Below, in pieces: positions 58,257 to 64,000 of a DNA stretch of 64,000 nucleotides (its first letter is position 1; each line of letters opens with the position of its first letter). The position numbers and the translations under genes were made by a program. The stretch lies in assembly GCA_951406725.2 (NCBI GenBank), contig OX597824.1:50654001-50718000 (forward strand), given 5' to 3'. The DNA is from Octopus vulgaris. Taxonomy: Eukaryota. Under the pieces are notes generated by a model, which was given only the letters and a program-made list of their open reading frames with translations, did no database searches and had not been told where the DNA came from.

Positions 58257-58461
58257 AATGAAGGGTATTCTTCATTATTAATTAATAATTATTTACCTTT
58301 ATGGTTCCTTGTGCATGCTAACCCACTAATACTGTTGTAAACAATATCCCTATACTATATTATATCATATTATATATATATATACTTATATTTATATAGA
58401 TATATATATAGATATAATATATATATATTATATCTATCTATCTATCTATCTAATCTATCCG

Positions 58462-58511
<50 letters not shown>

Positions 58512-58549
58512 CATACATACATACATACATGCATACATACGTACGTACA

Positions 58550-58595
<46 letters not shown>

Positions 58596-58794
58596 TTTTA
58601 TATTATATTATATTATATTATATTATATTATATTATATTTATGTGTATACAGACTTTATATATATTCAAAACATATATATATATATTGCAGGATTTAAAT
58701 GTAGATAAATATATATTTCTACATTACACCCACGCATGTGTGTGTGTTTCTGTGTGTGTTTGGGTATAATTAAATATATACTTACGGATCTAAT

Positions 58795-58925
58795 TGACAC
58801 TTTCCTTCAGGAATTTAACTCGGATAAAAGGTCGCCAGTACTTATTTTTATTAAAGCCTGAAACATATTCTGTCGGTCGCTTTTGCCTAACCACTAAGGT
58901 TGTCAAGCAGTGGAGGGGGAAAACA
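58795..58925 (-). mobile_element. SINE group A fragment
   Basis: CCAGTACTTATT...TATTCTGTCGGTCGCTTTTGCC...GGTTGTCAAGCAGTGG. Confidence 0.55.
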
Positions 58926-59095
58926 CACACACACACTCACACGAACTTACATGCACACACACACACACACACATGCATGCATGCATACATACACACACAC
59001 TCATATATATGTATCTGTGAGTGTGCATGCGTGTGTGTGTATGTGTGTGTATGTTTGTATGTGTGTAATTATGTATATTATGATTTCCAAAGGCT

Positions 59096-59145
<50 letters not shown>

Positions 59146-59510
59146 GATGTACATGCAGGCAGCAGATATAACTGAAGAGACACGCACACTCCTCCACACA
59201 CAATTATGCACGCACACACACATACAAAACATAATCCCTTAAACAATTGTAAATATAATCACTTGATTGTAGCCATAGTAAGCAAACACGGCCTGCAAGG
59301 ACTATCAAAAGATCCCAGGCTATATGTCATCTCACTTATTCCGTGAAACTGCGATTGATGAGTTTTATGAATATGAACGGCTCCATTATCACACAGATTT
59401 AAGTGTTTGTTTTTTGATGCCCTGGCGTGGGTTTTGCTTGATTTTTTGTTATTATTGAAACAGACATACATACTCACACATACATACACACATACACAAA
59501 CACACACACG

Positions 59511-59555
<45 letters not shown>

Positions 59556-59698
59556 GTGTGTGTGTACATATATACGCACACCTATAGATATATATATGTT
59601 CATATGAACATGTATATAATGAACAACTATAATAATACATTTCTATATATTCATGTATCCATTACAATATCTGTCTCCCTGTCTATCTATATGTCTAT

Positions 59699-59738
<40 letters not shown>

Positions 59739-60294
59739 ATATCTATCTATCTATCTATCTATCTCTTACGATATAAATAGGTAAACACACATATGTAAAT
59801 ATAATGTAATATTATATGATACATATATATACATACATACATACATATATATATATAGTCAATTCAAATAAACAATTCAAATAAAAGAATAAAAACGAAA
59901 AACAGAAGAAAAACAACGAAGGTGTATATATATATAATGTTTGTATATATATGTGGATATGTGAATACATATGTATGTAAAATATACAAACACATATAAT
60001 ACATACATACATACATACATACATACATACATACATACATACATACATACACATTATGCTACTTTTTTTCCAATTTTCGCTGTGGAAGTAATTTTTATAC
60101 CTATTAAATTTTTAACTCATATTCAAAATCATTTCAAGTCATCCTTCTTGTATAGTCCACTATTCCTGATATAATTTACGTTTCCAGTGTCCGTACTGGA
60201 AAGCATATTATTTAATATTATCTCTCGTGTATAGCTTGTCACTATATGTGTTTAGATCCTACAATTATCTCTGTGGACAGAAAATGGTTAAACA

Positions 60295-60335
60295 GTCTCT
60301 GATGAAAGTGTAACAAGCCTTGAAACAAGTCAGGT
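60295..60335 (+). ncRNA. Candidate minimal hammerhead ribozyme
   Basis: GTCT-CTGATGA(60299-305)-AAG...CTT-GAAA(60322-25)-C AA G-TC-AGGT. GUC triplet, 3-bp stem II, and a 4-bp stem I with two G-U pairs. Confidence 0.45.
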
Positions 60336-60680
60336 CAGTTCCTTTCTCTCAGTCCACATAAAGCTATAACTAGTATGCTTTCTTTAGACAGTGACGCTAA
60401 ATTGTATGTTATTAAAGGCTTATATCTCTATTGAAATTAGAATAACGACGGCATGATCTGCACTGTCATTATATACACAAGCATACATAAATAAGCACAT
60501 GCACTTGCATGTGCGTGCACGCGCGTACGTGTATGGCAGTTTAAAGACCTATAATTAATCAAACCTTGATTACCGCGGATATATTCGTTAACATTAATAC
60601 ATCCATTCTGTATGGGTTTATATATATACAATTACATATATATATATATTTACATAAACAGGTGCATCTATATATCTATG

Positions 60681-60712
<32 letters not shown>

Positions 60713-61300
60713 TGTATGTATGTATGTATGTATGATTGTATGTATGTATGTATGTATATATATATATATAAATATATAAAATATATAGCTATCTATCAAC
60801 CTATCTATATATTTATCTATCTAATTGTATGTATATATATATATAAAAATATATATGTATACACGCACGCACACACGCACGTACACACAGACACGCACGC
60901 TTATATATACACAAACAAAGTAATGTATACCTGTATGTTTATATATTATTATTATATGCCCTGTATTGATGTGTTCCCTAACAGTACACTTCCCAGCCAC
61001 ATAGTTCTGGATCCGATCCCGATACGCTAACAACACTATATATCCATTGGAATTTTGATGGATGGGTACTATGGATAAAACTTGGCCTCGTTTACCCACA
61101 GGCGACTCTCAGGGTAGCAAGAGGCTTACATGTCTAAAATTAAGACGTCTATATATTCATAATATTCATATGCGAGCAAGTGCATGTGTTTGTGAGTGTA
61201 CGTTTTTCTTCATTTTTTGTTTGAACTTGTACATGCCCACAGACACTCACATACACACACATGCATATTTTTGTGTGTTTCTGTTTCTGTGTGTATGTGG

Positions 61301-61360
<60 letters not shown>

Positions 61361-61382
61361 ATATATATATATATATATATAT

Positions 61383-61571
<189 letters not shown>

Positions 61572-61574
61572 TAT

Positions 61575-61722
61575 ATGTCGTTGAATATTCGAAATGAGAA
61601 GTAGATAGATGCCGACAACTGATAAAGGGTCCTTTCTCTGTGTTGACTTTTTCTCGTTGATTATGCATTTGATGTTATTTGCACCGTTGGTGACGTCCTG
61701 TACCCATAATTGCTTGTGTTTG

Positions 61723-61757
<35 letters not shown>

Positions 61758-61813
61758 TAATTTATTATGTATTATTTATTATTTAATTGAACGCGTGTCA
61801 TCCATTTCCAAGT
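61575..61813 (+). mobile_element. Dispersed repeat (family of 48097-48672)
   Basis: GTCGTTGAATATTCGAAATGAGAAGTAGATAG..GCCGACAACTGATAAAGGGTC...GTGACGTCCTGTACCC...AATTGAACGCGTGTCATCCATTTCCAAGT. Confidence 0.7.
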
Positions 61814-61914
61814 GTGTGTGTGTGTGTGTGTGTGTGTATACATGCATATTTTCATATACACATGCATACATACGTATGGAGAATGATAGACAGACAGACT
61901 GACAGAGAGACAGA

Positions 61915-62070
61915 TTTTATTCAAACGAATCGACCAGAGTGCTCATATTTTGCTACCCTCGTAGTTATTTATCGATGTCTTTTGCCAAACCGTTTCTTTG
62001 GACAAACACAGACCCAAATACACACACAGACATACACAAAAGCAAGCGTATATATATGTTCACACGTACG

Positions 62071-62139
<69 letters not shown>

Positions 62140-62272
62140 CACTTATATATGACGGGCTCTTTTCATTTTACACCTATAGTAGAAGCCTTTTACCCAACGT
62201 GTCGCGATGAGGGACTGATCCTAGAGCCATGTGGGTTTACAGCAAATTTTCTGCCATACACCACTCCTGTGC
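61915..62272 (-). mobile_element. SINE group A (decayed)
   Basis: TTTTGCCAAACCG...GGACAAACACAGAC...GACGGGCTC...GGGACTGATCC...CCACTCCTGTGC. Confidence 0.65.
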
Positions 62273-62297
62273 TTATGTATGTATATATGTATGTAAT

Positions 62298-62466
62298 GTA
62301 TGTATGTATGTATGTATGTATGTATGTATGTATGTATGTATGTATGTATGTATGTATGTATGTATGTATGTATGTATGTATGTATGTATGTATGTATGTA
62401 TGTATGTATGTATGTATGTATGTATGTATGTATGTATGTATGTATGTATGTATGTATGCATGTATG
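62298..62466. repeat. (TATG)n microsatellite
   Basis: Seen directly. Confidence 0.95.
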
Positions 62467-62480
62467 TGTGAGTATATATA

Positions 62481-62595
62481 TGATGAACGGCAACGAGAAA
62501 CTCAGAGTAAGAGATTTTGTTGAATTTTCTGCTGCTTTAAATAAAGCATATTACTCTTTTTTCCACCTTGTTTCACATTTATGTGTTCACTCCGG
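62481..62595 (+). mobile_element. PLE-like 3' terminus with truncated hammerhead (family of 50423)
   Basis: TGATGAACGGCAACGAGAAACTCAGAGTA...CCACCTTGTTTCACATTTATGTGTT is the reverse complement of 50423-50559, minus a deletion between TACTC repeats. Confidence 0.8.
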
Positions 62596-62597
62596 TA

Positions 62598-62667
<70 letters not shown>

Positions 62668-62759
62668 TGTATATATATATTTATGTGTAGGCATATATAT
62701 ATGTATATATATTTACATGTGCATATATATATGTATATATATATATTTATTTATATGTG

Positions 62760-62811
<52 letters not shown>

Positions 62812-62947
62812 TGTATGTGTGTATATATATGTGCACATGCGCGTAAAAATTCCAATTCGAGATAACAGATACTAGACATAGACAGATTTTCTATCAGGAG
62901 ATACGCTATATATATACAGGGTAAATATCATATACATACATACATAT

Positions 62948-63009
<62 letters not shown>

Positions 63010-63034
63010 ATTACTCTATGTATATATGTATATA

Positions 63035-63094
<60 letters not shown>

Positions 63095-63423
63095 TTATGA
63101 TATATATATATATAGTCCTTTATGTAACTTTTACCGACTGACCCGTAAAATAAAGAGTTGCATTAAAATTTTATTTGCCTGGAGTTCATTGATATATCTT
63201 AGATAAATATTGCTTGACATGCTATCATTATGGTAACTCTTTTATGGATGTGTATATACAGCTATCTATATATGTATGAATATATATATATATATATATA
63301 TATACATACTCGCATATATACGTATGTATATTTATAGAAATACCTATGTACATATGTATGTATGTGTATATATACATATATATATATACACACATATATA
63401 TATATATATAGTTAGATTGAAAG

Positions 63424-63454
<31 letters not shown>

Positions 63455-63790
63455 GATAGATAGATATAAATGTGTACATATTTGTGTGTGTACATATATA
63501 TACATCTATCTATAATATATCTATACTCATATAGATAGATAAATATATATGTAGATAGATAAATAGATATATAGATAGTTAGATACATATAGATGTGTAC
63601 ATATTTGTGTGAATATATGTATGTATAATATGTATACATATATGTGTTTGTATATGTGTGTATGTGTGTGTGTTTTCTTGTGTGCATTTTTTTGTTTGTT
63701 TCTGTGCATATTTCCATGGATGAGCATATGTATTCACATATATGCATGCATGCATACATACATACATGCATACATACATACATACATACA

Positions 63791-63823
<33 letters not shown>

Positions 63824-63825
63824 GC

Positions 63826-63889
<64 letters not shown>

Positions 63890-64000
63890 GTATGTATGTA
63901 TGTGTGTGTTTGTGTGTGGGTGTGTGTGTCTGTCTGTATGTATGTATGCATTTTGCAATCTGCATATTATTTTCCATTGGAAATTTCGTGATATATTAAA

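Overview
This 64-kb window is AT-rich eukaryotic (animal) DNA saturated with microsatellites. The repeat landscape is consistent with an octopod cephalopod genome; this is inferred from SINE-like repeats and microsatellite density and was not verified by search. No intact protein-coding gene is supported, and almost all listed ORFs are translations of (TA)n/(CA)n/(TATC)n/(TAA)n tracts or of SINE bodies. The window is a mosaic of: about 30 tRNA-derived SINE copies in at least three groups; two non-autonomous Helitrons with canonical TC...hairpin-CTAG ends; a decayed APE+RT LINE; three 3' ends of restriction-endonuclease-type (R4/Dong-like) LINEs in (TAA)n; a mariner end; and a Tigger/pogo-like MITE. 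The most interesting signal is a set of short fold-back elements embedded in (TA)n tracts. Some carry recognisable minimal type-I hammerhead ribozymes (39168-39239 on +, 50527-50564 on -, relatives at 6698 and 62481, plus a solitary candidate at 60295). They share an asymmetric inverted architecture best explained as Penelope-like element (PLE) termini.
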